A DNA stretch of 60,758 nt, counting the filler, from Basidioascus undulatus (taxonomy: Eukaryota): the NCBI GenBank assembly GCA_000826855.1. It is 5 parts of 5 records of this genome, joined end to end, with 100 filler letters (N's around TTAATTAATTAA, not from the genome) between each part and the next. Parts side by side here need not be neighbours in the genome. Positions count along the whole stretch, not along the records: positions 24,396 to 36,469 come from JTLS01000952.1; positions 36,570 to 48,629 come from JTLS01000953.1; 3 more parts are not named here. One strand, given 5' to 3'. Numbering within the stretch: the first letter of the stretch is position 1; every line of letters starts with the position of its first letter. The notes below the pieces were generated by a model. The model was given only the letters and a program-made list of their open reading frames with translations, was not told where the DNA came from and ran no database searches. Shown here one piece after another: positions 24,396 to 38,639 of this stretch. The translations under genes were made by a program, and so were the position numbers.

Positions 24396-27300
24396 CCGTC
24401 CCTCCCCGTCCCTCCCCTCCCTCTCCTCGTGCGCCTCGTCCAACCCCCCGCCCGCCTCGCCCGAACGGAGCACCAAGCGCTCCCCTTCTCGCTCGCCGAC
24501 TCTCTCGCCCGGCAAGCCCGCCGGCCCGCAGCGCCCCAAGAGCCCGTACGACACGGACGAGGAGGACGGCGGCGAGGGCGGGTGGGCGAGCGTCATCGTC
24601 CGCTCATGAGTTCCGCTCGAGCTCGTCTTCCTTCTTTTTCGGGCTTGTTCTTTCCGCTCTTCGCTTCATTATCCGAACACCCGATGGTCCCTTCCGCCTC
24701 ACTTATGGTACTTCTGCGCCAATTACCCAGTTCGTCGTCGCGTCGTTCCACTTCGCATTTCGCAGCGCTGTTCTCACACTTTGCATATGTCTTCTTAATT
24801 TCTTTTCTTGATTTAAACACGAACGATTAGCCTGGCACCACAGAGTTAGCCGTAAAGGACGTTCACGCATTGAATGAGGGGTGGAAAGGGGCACGCAGCT
24901 TGTTTATGAACCCGCTCCGTCTCCCTCCGCCTTCCCTGGGCACGCTGCGCATTGAGAGTCTGAAGCAAGGCTGAGCCGCTTGGAGCAGCGTATGATTTGG
25001 TGTGATTATGGTTCTTCGTGCGCTCATATGGCAAGACTGCGTTTGATTGCCACGGATAGGGGCTCCAACTTCAGTCTGTCACCACCTTCAATACGAACCG
25101 CCACACAATCAATTAAACTTTGGTGCCTGCTCCATTGGGTACTATCTAGATTCTCTAGGCTTTACCAGATAATGGGCTATTATCTTCGAGTGTGGCGCAA
25201 GTGACAGCAATGTGCATGCAACGGGCGAAGCTGCGGCCCACATCGGAGTTCAATGAAACAACGTCGCGCAGTCCTTGTGAATGACACCCGACCACGACAG
25301 CTGAAGGGGTTCGGTGCATCGAAGTGTTGTCTGAGGAGGTTGGTTGTGACTGCCAACTGGATATCGCTTTCCCTGAGCTTCTGTGGGGTGCACCAGGGGA
25401 GCTTGTTCGAGTCGTGCATGCACTGACTGAGGGGGGCTCAGCGGCGCGGGTGAGCGTTGTATGGTTGTGCCGAACCCTATCACTGACTAGCGATTTAAAA
25501 AGAGAAGATTTATACTGGGCATATTGGGCTCTGCAGCCTATGTCTAAGTGTGTAGTCCCGAGAGGCTGCCTCTCGACAGTCAACCGACAACTCAGTCATA
25601 CACCGCGAGTATGTTTGGAGCGCCCTATAGTTCCAATTCATAGTAACTTAAACCGCTTTATTGACATATGTTATTACAGTGAGAAAGCTCAGCCGTTGAG
25701 AAGCGGCCTGTTGATGAAATTGACTACAGTCTGCAGTGCAGCGGTGCTTGAAACTCGCATGGCAGCGCACTGCTCCGCCGCAGGGGAAGACGCACTGTAT
25801 TCAACAGTCAAAGTCGAAACTGGAGTCAATGTTGACGGAACTTTCTACAATCTATATCAAGACATCCCGATACTACTGTGCTGGCATAACGCCTCAACGT
25901 CTTGCCGTAGGAGCGTAACGTGCGCGCCATTGTACGAACAATCTACAGTGGGGACCCGGCAGACGCATCGCGAGCCCCACGGTATGCATGATTTCCGGAA
26001 CACTTCAAAAAAGGACTGGCTATCCATTCGCAGGCCATCTGTCTCTCTCCTGCCGATCTAGTTATCTGTTCGCGCAAGTCACTTGAGTCGTTCCCTCTGT
26101 GCCAACTGATCGCCCGGTGCCATCGTAGCCGCAACGATTAGGCGCCTGTTGCAGAGCACCTTCAGGTCTATCACGAATTGGAATAATGCTCCTGTGTGTA
26201 GTTCCGGCAAGTAAAGAGGGAAGCGATCGTAGCCACATCGTAGCCAAGGCTTTCAGTGACGCAGGGGGCTTCGACGCCACAGAGGCGTGCCTAGAATCAC
26301 TCATGCCCTCCGCCTCCCTCCGCGTTCCCTAACTTCACCTGGCTGCCGTATCTCGGGGTGCCTCACCTCTCGAAAATGTCGGGAACGAGAAGACGTGAAA
26401 ATTGTCCGTGATAGGGGCTGGAAGTAGGACCTCGAACCAACTAACCAGCGTCCACCGCTGCAATCCATTGTCCCGTAGAAAAGGGGTATGAAAGCCAGCG
26501 CAACTGCACAGAAAAACTTCTACGGCCATTTTTGAGAAGCATGACTGATCAAATAGCAGACAACAAAGACCTCATCAACACCATTAATGTAGGATGCAGA
26601 CTAGCTTCACTAGCGAATTACGGACGCGTCGCTTGCTTTTGTATTTCGGCACACTGCTACAGTTGGGAGTCTGGAAGATGGCTATCAGTTGGGTAGATAA
26701 GATTTCACTTTTTGGTGACAACTGGTTTCTTCAGACCCAGCCCAAATGGCTGGGGTGCCAGTCAGGAGCACGCGGGTCGACGCTCAGCAAGCCAGCAAGC
26801 AAAGGGAGGTAAACGAAACGAATCTGCTACTGGGGACGTGAATGACTACAAGCTCCAAAGAAAGTTTTTTGACAGGTTTGTGTGGACATTGCTTGCGCAA
26901 GGGCAATCAGAACCTCTCCAAGTCATCCTTGTCAGGGGAACGCTGCAAATATTAGGACCGGACACTACCACCGGCACTTCGACGAGGCTGTCGAGCTTAC
27001 ACTGTCCATATTTTGAAGCGTTGAGTAGTTAACGTCACCTGCCGGATCTGAACAAGGGTATCATGTCATTCAGAAGCAGCACGCATCATCTCAGTTGCAG
27101 AGACAAGACAAAGAGGTGAGTGACAGAGGTTTGTGCTCGCAAAAAAAAATGCATTATGGTGGTATCAACCCGACCGAGCTCAGATTAGGTGAAATCTCAC
27201 GGAACTTCATGTAGCCCTTCGTTAGTACTCCCCATTACTACAGCTCCGACGCCTCGCACAGCCGCCAACCCATTTGCCCACCACCATCGCGAAGCACGAG

Positions 27301-27647
27301 CTCCAGGGCGTCGCTTTTCAACCCTTCTCCCTTCTCAACGATCGGACCTGTCTTCAAAACAAGTCCCTGGGCAATGAGCTGCTTGGCCGGGCGAAAGCTG
27401 ATTCGAGCTGACTTGTCGAGGAAAAGAAGTGGTGCAAGGTCAGTTGGAAGTGAGAATAGCGGCAGAGGGCGTGAGGGGACAAGAAGCGTTCCGCGAGGTA
27501 GAGCGCGCGGCATGAGACGGCGAAAGACGTAGGTGAATCGAAGGGCCAGAGGAATTGGTAGACTGAACGGACGCGTAGTGGTAGGTGGCAAGGTGCCTGA
27601 TGCTAGATAACTCAGGCTCGTCTGCAACCGGTCATCTCGGTAAGCGT

Positions 27648-28070
27648 TCAGTGTGCACTGGAACCGTCAGGGAGATTCCTCACTGCACCGTCCCTCAACT
27701 GCAGCCTTCCTTCAAGCACGTCCCTGACCACCTGTGTGAAGTCCAGCTCAAGCTTTCCGTCCGAGCGGCTCTCTGCCCTGGCGGCAGCCCGGAGATACTC
27801 TGCCGGCCAGAGAGAGCGGGTAGGCACGAGCACAGCGGAGAGGCCCGTAAGCGGTGGTTCCACCGGGCGCTTAGTCTTGGACGAGAAACGAGCGAATCCA
27901 GAGATAGCGGTAAGGAGCACCGCGAGCGCGACTGCCCCGCAAGCGAGGGCGAGCGGAGTCTGGCCGAATGTTCCCAGCACCGCAATACTGCGAAGTTTGA
28001 GCGCCTGAACAGACTCAAGACAGGTATTCGTGAGGTCTGCGAGGGATTCGGGTAGGAATAGCCTGTCCAT
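27648..28070 (-). CDS. Hypothetical 140-aa single-transmembrane protein
   Basis: ATG-initiated ORF with a hydrophobic stretch LALACGAVALAVLLTAISGF and a pyrimidine-rich leader. No homology recognised. Confidence 0.3.
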   Translation of the reverse strand: MDRLFLPESLADLTNTCLESVQALKLRSIAVLGTFGQTPLALACGAVALAVLLTAISGFARFSSKTKRPVEPPLTGLSAVLVPTRSLWPAEYLRAAARAESRSDGKLELDFTQVVRDVLEGRLQLRDGAVRNLPDGSSAH

Positions 28071-31000
28071 TGAGAAAGTGAGGCCTGCCGGTTGAGTGGG
28101 TCGAGAGGGTTGAGATGGTGGTCCAGGACAAAGTTGCGGCTGTTTGCGGCTGTTTGCGGGCTCACGGTGGCCGAGCCGGTGCTTCCAGAAGACCGTGGAC
28201 TACTGCAAGCGGCTGACTAGACTCGGTACTTACTCCTTTTCTCGAGTTTCTGCAAAGCATCAGAGTTCCGGAAGTTTTTCGGCATGTTGTCCGGAAGTAG
28301 GGAATAAGCTTGTCTGCAATGTGCACGGAGCCGTAATACCGCACCGTCAAGTTTTGAGTAAGTGTCGAGCTACGTAGGCTGCTGCAAGGGCTTTCCATAA
28401 TACCGGGCCGCCTGTGCTGAGCCAAAAAAAGACATGGCCTCTAATGATGAACATCGGATATCCAGCCACCTCTACTTCGTTGCGTGGGCGAGGTTACAGT
28501 TACCTCTGGCGCCCAGCATCAAGTGCAGTCGTCTGATTCGTTTGCGACCGGCCAGAGAGTTGAACTTATGCTACACGGGACTGGAATATTTCACGGCACA
28601 ATTCCCAAGTACTCCCAGAAGTTCTGCAGGAGCAAGTGTGAGTTGAGCGGGCCAATAGCCCATCCTGAACCTACCTCGGTTTGGCAGCCCTCGTTACGAC
28701 CCGCTCACTGTAAACCTCACTTTGCAGTATCGAAGAATCGGGGGGTTCCGCCTATAAAGACATATACTTCTAAATTTCTCTTATTCTGTCAAAACCTATC
28801 CAGAGAGGTACGTAAGGAGGTTTGTGGAGCGACTTCCAAGTTGACCTTTTGCAGGACTGCGAGGGTCTTGCCGCCAGTCTGATGACATGTATCACTTTCC
28901 ACAGTTTAAATGTGTCATTTTTATACAATGGTAAATTTGTGCACGATTCGCAAAGTATGCTTGAACAGCCCGTATGGCCTACGGGCGCTGGCCACGACCA
29001 CTTTTCGTGTTCAGGTCCATTACCTTCAGCACTGTCCATCTTAGGACTGACGCTTTTTTTTTAGCTTTCGTTCTTTCACCTATCGCAACAGCTGACTGAT
29101 TCTTGGTAACGCATGAGGAACACTATTGGAAGTGAGAAGGCAAGAAATTAAGCTTTCTCCACATGTGCCACGTTTTCCCAACGTGCGCCACACTGATCGG
29201 TGCCTTGCCCTCGGAACCTTGCTTGAACTCATCTTCCCCGCAGCTTAAGTGCCTGATGCTTGATGCCTCTCTCGCCTCGATAGCGCACCCATACCGCTCT
29301 CTGACATGAGAAAGAGGACGGTCTCGCCTCCTCCGCCTCTCTGATCGAAAGGACATACGGAGGCTTCGATTGTTATTCACGACGCCTTCGACATCTGCAA
29401 AGCGTCGAGGAGTGCTTCCTCACTTGCAGTTCTGGGGATATGTGCGAAACTACATCATATCGTCACACTCGGCCAAGTACCAGATGATTACCACGCCTTC
29501 TGAACCGTCATTTCTAATGATCCGCCCACACTCTCGGTCAACGTTCGGAGGCCCAAAACGGCGACAGCGTCGACTTCCACGAATTTGGGTGAGACCATAG
29601 CTCGGGTGTTTGCGAGGATTGGCATGGTAGTTGTTCCGCTCACGCGAGATATGCGTGCCGTCTGCGTGGCAAGAGGCATGACTGCGTGGCGAGTTTGTCC
29701 AAGGGCTGTTGCGCGACGCATGATCCCTCTCGACCGGGAGCCCTCGGTTAGGACTCATCTTCGTCTCGGTCCTTCTTGCCTACTGGATGCTATGAAGGTG
29801 CTCTTCTTTGTATAGGTACCAATACTCATCGCTTGACGTATTAGAGTCGTGTTACTGGCTCTCATGGTCCTATCACACTCACATCTGAATCACGACTTGA
29901 ACATACCATCGAAGCCGTTGCAAGCTGGCTAAGGTGTTAAAAAAAAGGAAATTGTATAGAAATCAAATTTGAAAGGCACTTTAACCCTCCCTCATACTAT
30001 GCATTCAGGCAAAATCCAGCGGGCCGGCACATCGTGTCGAGCGGGTCCGTTGTGAGATCCGTTACCGCCTTTGCCCCCCGACCCCCCCTTTTACTCACTG
30101 TTCCCAGGTGTCCTCTTCTCGAACTTTGATCTCTGATACTAACAACATCTCTCACATGTAGGACATGGAGCAGAAAATGCAGGAGGCTGATGGGAATGCT
30201 CGTTGCTAAATGGCCAGTTCTGCAAGGGGCTGCACAACGCACGAATGCACGAGCATATACGGGCAAGTTGAAGCAGAAGCCTGCAAGAGCAGGGGTCTAT
30301 ACAAGCTCGAAACGAGTATGTTCTCCTTTGATATATTACACAGAGGGTTGCGGTTCAATTGAAGACCATGCATCAAGCCTCATCCACGGGAAAGCCTGAT
30401 TGTCGCTCGTCAGTGTAAAATCTAGCACACGCTCGTCAGCTGGGGAAACGAGCGTCTTTATATGAATTTGAAAGACGCATCTTCCCATTGCGACACAAAG
30501 TCCCATGAGAGACCCTCAATTCCACACGACTTCCGTCTGCTCCGCGACGTTGAAAGGAAGGTAAGAAACAGAGCCAGCCTACTCACCTCGGTGTCTGGCG
30601 GAGAAATTGGGGCATCACTGCACTGGCGGTCCCCGCTGGGGCGCTTCTCCTCGCTTGTCCTGCTCTCTCCAAACCGAGCCGGTGGTCCGCGTCGTGGTGG
30701 ATTCTACGTTGGCAAATGTGTCCTGTATCGGCTGAAATGGAGTGCGCGATGTGAAAAAGCTGCGTGTAATGCCGGCGCCATCAACGGCTACAGATCAACT
30801 CTCCCGACCGAGTCGAATGAGGGATCGCCCGGAGATCGACAGGAACAGTCTCCATACTTTGTTACCTTTCATATCATGAAGTACATCCTTATTATAACCC
30901 AAAGGTCCCCACCAGCCCCTCATTCCCACCGCAATCCCTATCGCTCCATGCTCTTGTCGCCATCGTTTGTTGTAGGTTGAGCGGTCCCAATTCGAAACAC

Positions 31001-31889
31001 GGAGCCGCTACATGCAGCTGACAAGGAACACATGCATGAAGGCGCTCTGCGCTGCCGACGTCAAGCCTCGAAGCTGATCAATAGAAATGAAATGTGCAAT
31101 GCGTCGACAGACCTCGGTGCCGATCGTAGAAGATGTGCTCAACATCCTCTCGAGCGATTGCTTCGAGCAGCCTGGATCCTCCTAGGACTGTCATCAGGTC
31201 CGAACCGAGGAGGTCGAAGCACGCTTAGAGAACGTGCCGCCCAGGGCGGGGCGGCTCGGGGAGGAAGGGCAGTCTGAGTCCTCAAGGCCAGAATCCACCG
31301 CCGAACCTTGGACTTTGACGTTTGGCAAATAATTAAACCCATCCAGCCCCCGAATTCTAAAGGGCATGTCATATGTCACGTATTTGTGCTATGAAAGCAC
31401 AATGGTCAAGCCTATACCGTATATATCTTATCTTCATTATTACCCCGGCAAAATGAGGGATCCACAACGCCGGCGCCGCGAGCACACGCAGGATCGAGCG
31501 TGGCGTGGGCTGCGGCAACCGCTGGCATGTTCCAATCCCCTCAGGCGCCCCGTCGCCTTCGACCTTGCGAACCTTGTGTTTGAGGGGTGGCGCAGGACAG
31601 CATAGATTACTACTCCGAATAGAGCATGTCGCAATGGCCACAGGGGACGCCCGGGGAGCGCGCGAAGGCAATCCGAGGCTCGCCGCACTGTGCACTCCGT
31701 CCTGCTGCGAGCGAGGCAGGAGATGCCCAGGCTCGCTATATAACTTGCCCTGCCTCCTCCTGCATCCCTCCTTTCCCACATCTCTCCCCTTCCCATTCCC
31801 CATACCCTTCCATTCCTGCCCCCGTGCGACAGTGCGCAGCCGACGACCAAAGTCCCACTCTCGCTTGTACTCCACACTCGCTTCCCGCC

Positions 31890-33152
31890 ATGCCTCGCTG
31901 CTCGTACCGCGACTCCCCCTCGCCGGCATCATCATCGACTTCCATGTCGTCCCCCGGGTCCTCTTGTTCGCTTTCCTCCTCAGCGACCCCAGAGATGGTC
32001 CCCTCCCACTGGTCCACGTCGAAGAACGAGCTCCCTATCCAGCCAAGGCATCCCGCTTCCCTCCTCCCCGCCTCGATGCACAACCCCGCCCTCCTCGACC
32101 TGTGCGCATCTCCTGTCACGCCTAGTATGGTTTGTGAGTAGAGACCTATCTTTCTTCTTCGGAAACGCGAGACTCATTCTGGAGGAATATCACAGCATAC
32201 CTTGCCGCCCAAGCAACCTCCGTTATCGACTGCGCAACTGTGACGCCTGGACCCCCCGTCGACCTCCTCACTCCCCCTTCCACGCCCACCAAAGACCCTT
32301 TCGACATCCCTGCACCTGCACCTGCCCCGCCCGCCGTTCCGGCGCTGCCTAGCCTCGAGCACTTCATCGCGACGCTCGTCGACTACTCCAACGTCCAGGT
32401 CCCAACACTCCTCACTACGCTTGTATACTTGGAACGCCTCCGCACCAGGCTGCCTCGGGTTGCAAAGGGTAAGTCTGGAGTTTTACTGCTATACTGGATA
32501 CTGGGATGGGCAGCTGTGGGGAATAGTCGCTGACAGTCATCCGTCGGCATAGGCATGCCCTGCACCCGGCACCGCGTCTTCCTCGCTACCCTTATCGTCG
32601 CTGCGAAGTACCTTAATGACTCCTCTCCCGTAAGTCGTCCGAGTCGAGCACTCTTTCTTTCTAATCAGACTCTAACTCCCCTGTCCCCTCGTTTTACAGA
32701 AGAACAAGCACTGGTGTCGCTACGCTGGGCTGTTCTCTCAAGCTGAGGTCAACCTCATGGAGCGTCAGCTCATCTTCCTCCTCGACCGTGGGTCTTCATC
32801 GATGCCTCACTAAACTCCACACTCGCTGACCCTGTGATGCGAATCCTCAGACGGTCTCGCTGTCGCCGAAGCCGAGCTCCTCCACCACTTCGCACCCTTC
32901 CTCCCGCGGCCATCGTACACCCTCCCCACTTCTATCTCCCTTTCCTGCATCCCGCCCCCGCCCACGCTCGAGCGCTCCGGGTCCACCTCCACCATCTCTT
33001 CCTCACCATCGCCCCCGCCTACCCCGCGCGACGTCGAGCCCTCCCCAAGGCAGCGTCCCACCCCCTATTCCAAACAACCCTCGAAGCTCTTCGCGCGTAT
33101 GCGGCCGTTTTTGCGGAAGTCGTCTAATGCCGCGACTGCTTTCTCTTCCTAA
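31890..33152 (+). CDS. Pho85 cyclin (Pcl1/Pcl2 family)
   Basis: [78 protein letters not shown]. Five exons. Confidence 0.92.
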
Positions 33153-35526
33153 TGATACCCCCCATCATCCCTTCCCTGTTACCCCTTCATCTGTGTTACA
33201 TTGCCTGTTGTCTCCATCATACCGCTATCTATTCCCTCCTCCATAACCGTTCTCTCATCTTGCCTCATCTCGCATGTGCTCTCCAATCCTCATGTATCTT
33301 CCCCCATTGCATTGCCGCACATCCGTTGTACTTTTACCTGCACTTCCTCTCGACTATGTCGTTCCTACTTTGCGAGGTGGCCGTATGCATCGCGGATGGT
33401 CTGGTCACCATGCCGTCTTATTTGATTTGAAGTCAGTTTGTGTTGGTGCCCTCTGCCTGCGGAAGCTTCATGGTAGTGCGGTTAACCAATGTGGATAAGG
33501 GGAGTTCAAATTCAGATTACCTGCAAGAGCTCAAATTTTTGGGAACGCAAGAGTCCTCGACTCTTGCTGCGTGCAAGTTTGAAGAAGTTCGCAACTGTGC
33601 CATGGAAGAGCGCACCATGACATCCGACCGAAGTGGAGAACGGAGGCTTGTTGTGAGCTCTTGCAAGCTCTTGCACTGCTCTTGCGCGGACCTCCAGGAG
33701 CCGCTAAGTACATGCAGTCCGCAAGAGGAACCAAGAGCAAAATCGAACCTCTTGCGGCTTAAAACATCCTTGCAAGTTTCCCTCTTGCTGTCTCTTGCGG
33801 TCTCTTGCCAGTCGCAACAGAAAGGTTGATATCCCCTAGAGTATGGCAAAGTCCAGACAGTTATCTGTGCTGACGCTCCGCTGCACAGGCCCCTCAGGCG
33901 TTATACTTTCATGTTTTCTGTAACACAACACGACCAGATCGTTGACATTATGTCGATGCTACCATTTTCAAGAAACCGTTCTCGTAGAACACGTATGGTT
34001 TATTCATCCATTGTATCCCCACGCCGTAACAGGCAGCCTGGCGCGTTTAGCTGGAGGATGTGATGAGCAATGCGTGCAGACATTGCACGCCATCGCCTTG
34101 CTCCTTGGTGTCGTTTGTTGTGCCCACTTGTGCCATTGCGCATCTGACCCGACTGCAGGTGTCAACTTTTCTTCCTCTTACTTCCTCAGTTCCAGGCATA
34201 TCCGTCAGCGTGTATGAGAGTCTGGACTCTGCGTCAAACTGGCTGTGCTTTTCCACTGAAACGCCGACCAGGAAAAGCTGCCACTTGCTGACGCCATGAT
34301 TTTGTGCTGGATGGCCCCCTCCGCTTTATGTAACTTCCCAAAGCCGCATAGGCGATCCATTTACCCAAAGGTAACGCTTCGCGGGAACAGCGGGCCATAT
34401 CCACCGACCAGCCCACCGGTGGTTTTCTGCCCCCATCGAAGCTGTAGGCTCATGAAAACCCTAGAAAGTCTTTGAATCTTTCGGTTAATACGCTATAGGA
34501 GCTGTAAAGGCCACATGGAGGCTCCCTCTTCGGTATCTTGTTGTGAACACCGACAAGCCTGCACGTGGATCTGCGGCTGCAGAGTCAGCGTGTCGATCAA
34601 GAAAATTCAAGATTTCTGTGGCCTATGCAACCTCTAGAATTATTACTAATTTAAATCCTTACTGCAGGCGGAATAAGGCCGCCGAAACTCACAAGCGAGG
34701 CGGGCAGAGCGCGCTCCGCCTGAGGGAGGTTCAAGGCTTTGTATGCAGTTGAAAGTCGCGCGTCGGACATGTCCTCATTGCAAGCCGGGCTGGTTAGGCA
34801 CTTTTAGGGGTTGATCGACCATGCACGCCAAGTGATGCAGAATGATAGGTCCAGGCCAGTGCTTGTTCGGGCGTTCATTTAGCAGCCTGCAAAGCGACAC
34901 CTCCCGAGTGCTCAGACGATCATGTGCGATGTATGCGGTGCGGGGATGGGGACGATGCGTGGGTAGTGATGGGGATGACAAAGCCAAAGTCAAAGTCAAA
35001 GCAAGGATAGCAGGAAAGGAAAGCGTTCGGGTACATACGTGACGAAACGGGACGGGAACATGCGAGCGAGCGATCGAGCGAGACTTACACAACCAAATGA
35101 GAAACCAGAGAACGATAAAAGAAAGAAATCGTCAAAAAGTCTGTGCCAATCCTCCTCATCTCTACCATCCACCCCCTCCGCGTCGCTCCATCTCGAACCC
35201 CTCCTCAGCGCGTGGCGATCCCACCTGCCCTCCAGCACCACCCCAGTACCCAAAGTCCCCCGACCCCCCACCTTGTGATTGCAGCCCATGTGACGACTTC
35301 TTCAACCACCTCTTTGTAATACAAACAGCGTCGGTAACTAATCAGGCCCTCGGCTTCGCTACGTCCCGGCACGGCGTGCGTTTTCCTTGCGCAAGCACTC
35401 ACGCCGCCCGCCCCTGCATCCCCCAGCCCAAACCCATCTCACTCGTTTCCAGAACTGTTAATCCATCCATCCACCCAATCCACTCCAATAATAACCCCCA
35501 TCCTCCCCTCCTCCCCTCCCCCGCCA

Positions 35527-36413
35527 TCAATACTCCCCAAACCGAACGTGCCCCGTCCGCCCGGCATGCTCCCGCGCCTCCTTCTCGCCCGTCAGCCCGG
35601 CACCGCAGTCCTGGCATTTGAGAGTGAAGGTTGCCTTCATGCGCGCAGAAAGTCAGCGACTACTCCACTTGGATGCGGTGAAACAGAGGTGTGAAGTGGG
35701 GAGGAAGGGAAAAGAGAAGAGGGGAGGAAGTGAAATAGAAGGGGAGTGGAAGAAGGGTAGAGAGGGGGAGGAGGGCAGGAGGAGAAATGGGGGGGAAAGA
35801 AGGTACCAAGGGAAGACGGGAAGACGGACCGTATCGGTATAGTAATGCCTCTCCTTCAGTCTCCGGGCGATGGCGCGCGCTGCATCGAGGATGGGATCTG
35901 GCGTGGAGGGGGAGGAAGAGGAGGGGGTGGGGAAGACGGTGGTGTGGAACTCGGGCGGCGCGTCGGGGAGGGGCGAGAAGGTTAGGGCGTCGTAGTGGAT
36001 GCCACTGTCCAAACCCATCCACCATCAGCCTTCGCCCGAAAAGAAGAGAAGTGAAAAAGCCGGGAAAGCAGGAGGCAAGGGGGGAAGGGGGAAAGAGGGG
36101 AGAACAGACGAACGAGTAAACCACGACCCCCCTCCCCTCATACTCCCCCGCGTTGTAGCTGTCCACCCTGCCAGAAGCAACGTCGACAGAGACGAGCGAC
36201 GTCTTGTACGCGTGCGAGAGGATCGAGAGCTCGATCGCCCCGCCCCAGGAGGAGGGGGTGAGGATGGTTTTGATATACGAGGCGGGTTCGCGGCTGGGGG
36301 GAGGGAGTGGGGGAACGTTAGGGGAGAGGGAGGCGGAGGGGGGATGGGAGACGAACCCGAGCATCGCCTCGGAGTAGGTTACAGGGTCGGCGCGAATCGT
36401 ATCTGCCACGACT
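35527..36413 (-). CDS. OTU1: OTU1/YOD1 deubiquitinase, 3' part (5' end lost at contig break)
   Basis: [64 protein letters not shown] (C-terminal zinc finger). Confidence 0.93.
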
Positions 36414-36469
36414 GTTGGGGGTGGGTAATAGAGGGTAGAGGAGTGGGGGCGGAGGACGGATGGAATGAG

Positions 36470-36569
36470 NNNNNNNNNNNNNNNNNNNNNNNNNNNNNNN
36501 NNNNNNNNNNNNNTTAATTAATTAANNNNNNNNNNNNNNNNNNNNNNNNNNNNNNNNNNNNNNNNNNNN
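36470..36569. other. Artificial contig spacer
   Basis: N44-TTAATTAATTAA-N44. Confidence 0.98.
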
Positions 36570-37951
36570 CGAGGAGGAGGACCAGGACTCCGCCAAGGTC
36601 GTAGCAGACGCCGCCGCCGCCGCTGCGCTCCCGACGCCGCCATTCGACGAGCCCGCGCCGACGCCGCCAAAGGGGAAGAAGCGCAAGGCGCCCGGAGCAG
36701 ACGCCGTGCGCGCGCCGACGCCGGACCTGTTTGCGCGCGGCTTGGCCGAGTCCGAGGAGGACCTGTACTTCCTCAAGCTTGCCATCGAGCGCCTGCGCGC
36801 GAGCGAGTCCTGCGCGGTGGACGACATCCCCCCCGACGCGGGTGCGCCTCGGCCGGCTTCCCCCGCGCCTGTGGAGGTGGGCGGGTGGACCCCGCCAAAG
36901 CACAAGACGGGCTCGGCGCGCACGGAGGGGTACTACCGCATCCCCGAGACGGAGAAGGCCAACTACCTCCCCCAGCGCAACCGCGCGGCCGTCAAGGCCG
37001 AGCAGGAGGCTGCCGGCGCTGCGCAGCAGAACACGGGCTTGACGACGAGCAGGACGAACCGCGTCAATGCGAGGCGGCTTGCGCATGGGCTCGAGCAACA
37101 GAAGAAGGCGATCGCGAGCGATACGGATATCCTCAAGTTCAACCAGCTCCGGACGAGGAAGAAGCAGGTGCGTTGGCGTGGCGAGCGGGAGAGGGGACGA
37201 GAGGCTGACGAGGTGTTGTGCGTGCGCGTTACAGCTCAAGTTCGCCAAGTCCTCGATTCATAGCTGGGGCCTTTACTCGTGCGAGTTCATCCCACGCGGA
37301 GACATGGTCATCGAGTACGTGGGAGAGGTCGTCCGGCAGCAGGTGCGTGTGCTCTTCCTCATCCCGCTCGTGCCGCCTCTCCTTCCTCGGCGCTCTGCTC
37401 ACCGCCTCGGCTGCGGTTGCAGATCGCCGACTTGCGCGAGAAAGTCTACGAGCGCCAGGGCATTGGCTCGTCGTACCTGTTCCGTATCGACGAGGACAAC
37501 ATGTGCGTGCTCCCTCGCCGTCTTGTATCTCGAGGGGAAGGTCGAATATACTGATCATTTGACGCGTTCACAGCGTGGACGCGACGTTCAAGGGCTCCGT
37601 TGCACGCCTCATCAACCATTCCTGCTCCCCGAACAGGTAAAGCCGTCTCTTCGCCTGAGTCTCCCCCCTCCCGTGACTCGACTTACGAGGGTGGTTCTGC
37701 AGTACGGCGCGCATCATCCAAATCCAGGGCGAGAAGAAGATCATCATCTACGCCAAGACGGACATCGAGCCCGGCGACGAGATCACATACGACTACCACT
37801 TCCCGATCGAGGACGAGAAGGTGCGTGTCTCCTGCCTTCCTCTCCCCCCTTCATGTCCCTCCTGAGTCCCCGAAGTTGACGTTCTACGGACGCACCCATG
37901 AAGATCCCCTGTCTATGTGGCGCGGAGAACTGTCGCGGCTCGCTCAACTGA
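36570..37951 (+). CDS. SET1: Histone H3K4 methyltransferase Set1, C-terminal N-SET/SET/post-SET part
   Basis: [91 protein letters not shown]. Confidence 0.96.
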
Positions 37952-38639
37952 CGCTTTGCTTGCTCTCTCTCTCTCTACCTTACCGTACCCTCCCTCTTCC
38001 CTGCTCCTGCTTTCTATTTCTCGTTGCTTTGTGTCATCTTGCACATTTTCCGATTTCTATTTTGTTGTACCGCATATCTCCTGCTGCTTTCATCACGCGC
38101 ATTGCATTATCTGCATTGACTACTGGCCTTTGGGTGAGAGCGGCGGGGAAACAAGGCTCTCGCGGCGTGTTGAGGCTGGGGGGCTTGGAGGGCAGTTGTA
38201 ACGCTGTACTCCGTGGGCGTGTGAGGCCCTGGGCGTTCGCTGATCTACTTACGTCGAAGACAACAGAAGCCGAGTACTGTCGACTCACGAGCCGAAGCAG
38301 TGCGTGCGGAGAGTCGGCTTGTAGGTCGACTGAGGGGTGTGACAAAGCACTGCAGCATGGAGCGCCGGAGTTTCTTTTGCAGACCTCTTACTTGTTGTCA
38401 TCCGTTCAGGCTGCGCACATTGTGAAAGAGCAGGCATGCATGGATCGTGTGATGGGACTCCCTCGGCCCAGCGCAATTATCACTTCGCGCTCATGCCCAG
38501 CGGTCTCGGTGTCGGCAGGCAGGCAGGATGGGGTCGGGTAAGGGAGGAGGAAGTTGGCCTGCATGAAGTGGATGTCGTAGCGAGGGTTGGAGGGGATCTG
38601 TGGAGGACGGAAACCAGCAAACATCCGGCCGGGCGGGTC

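Noticed and set aside
25324..26061. 245-aa ORF
   Set aside because: Non-ATG start, no motif and no GC3 bias like that of the real genes.
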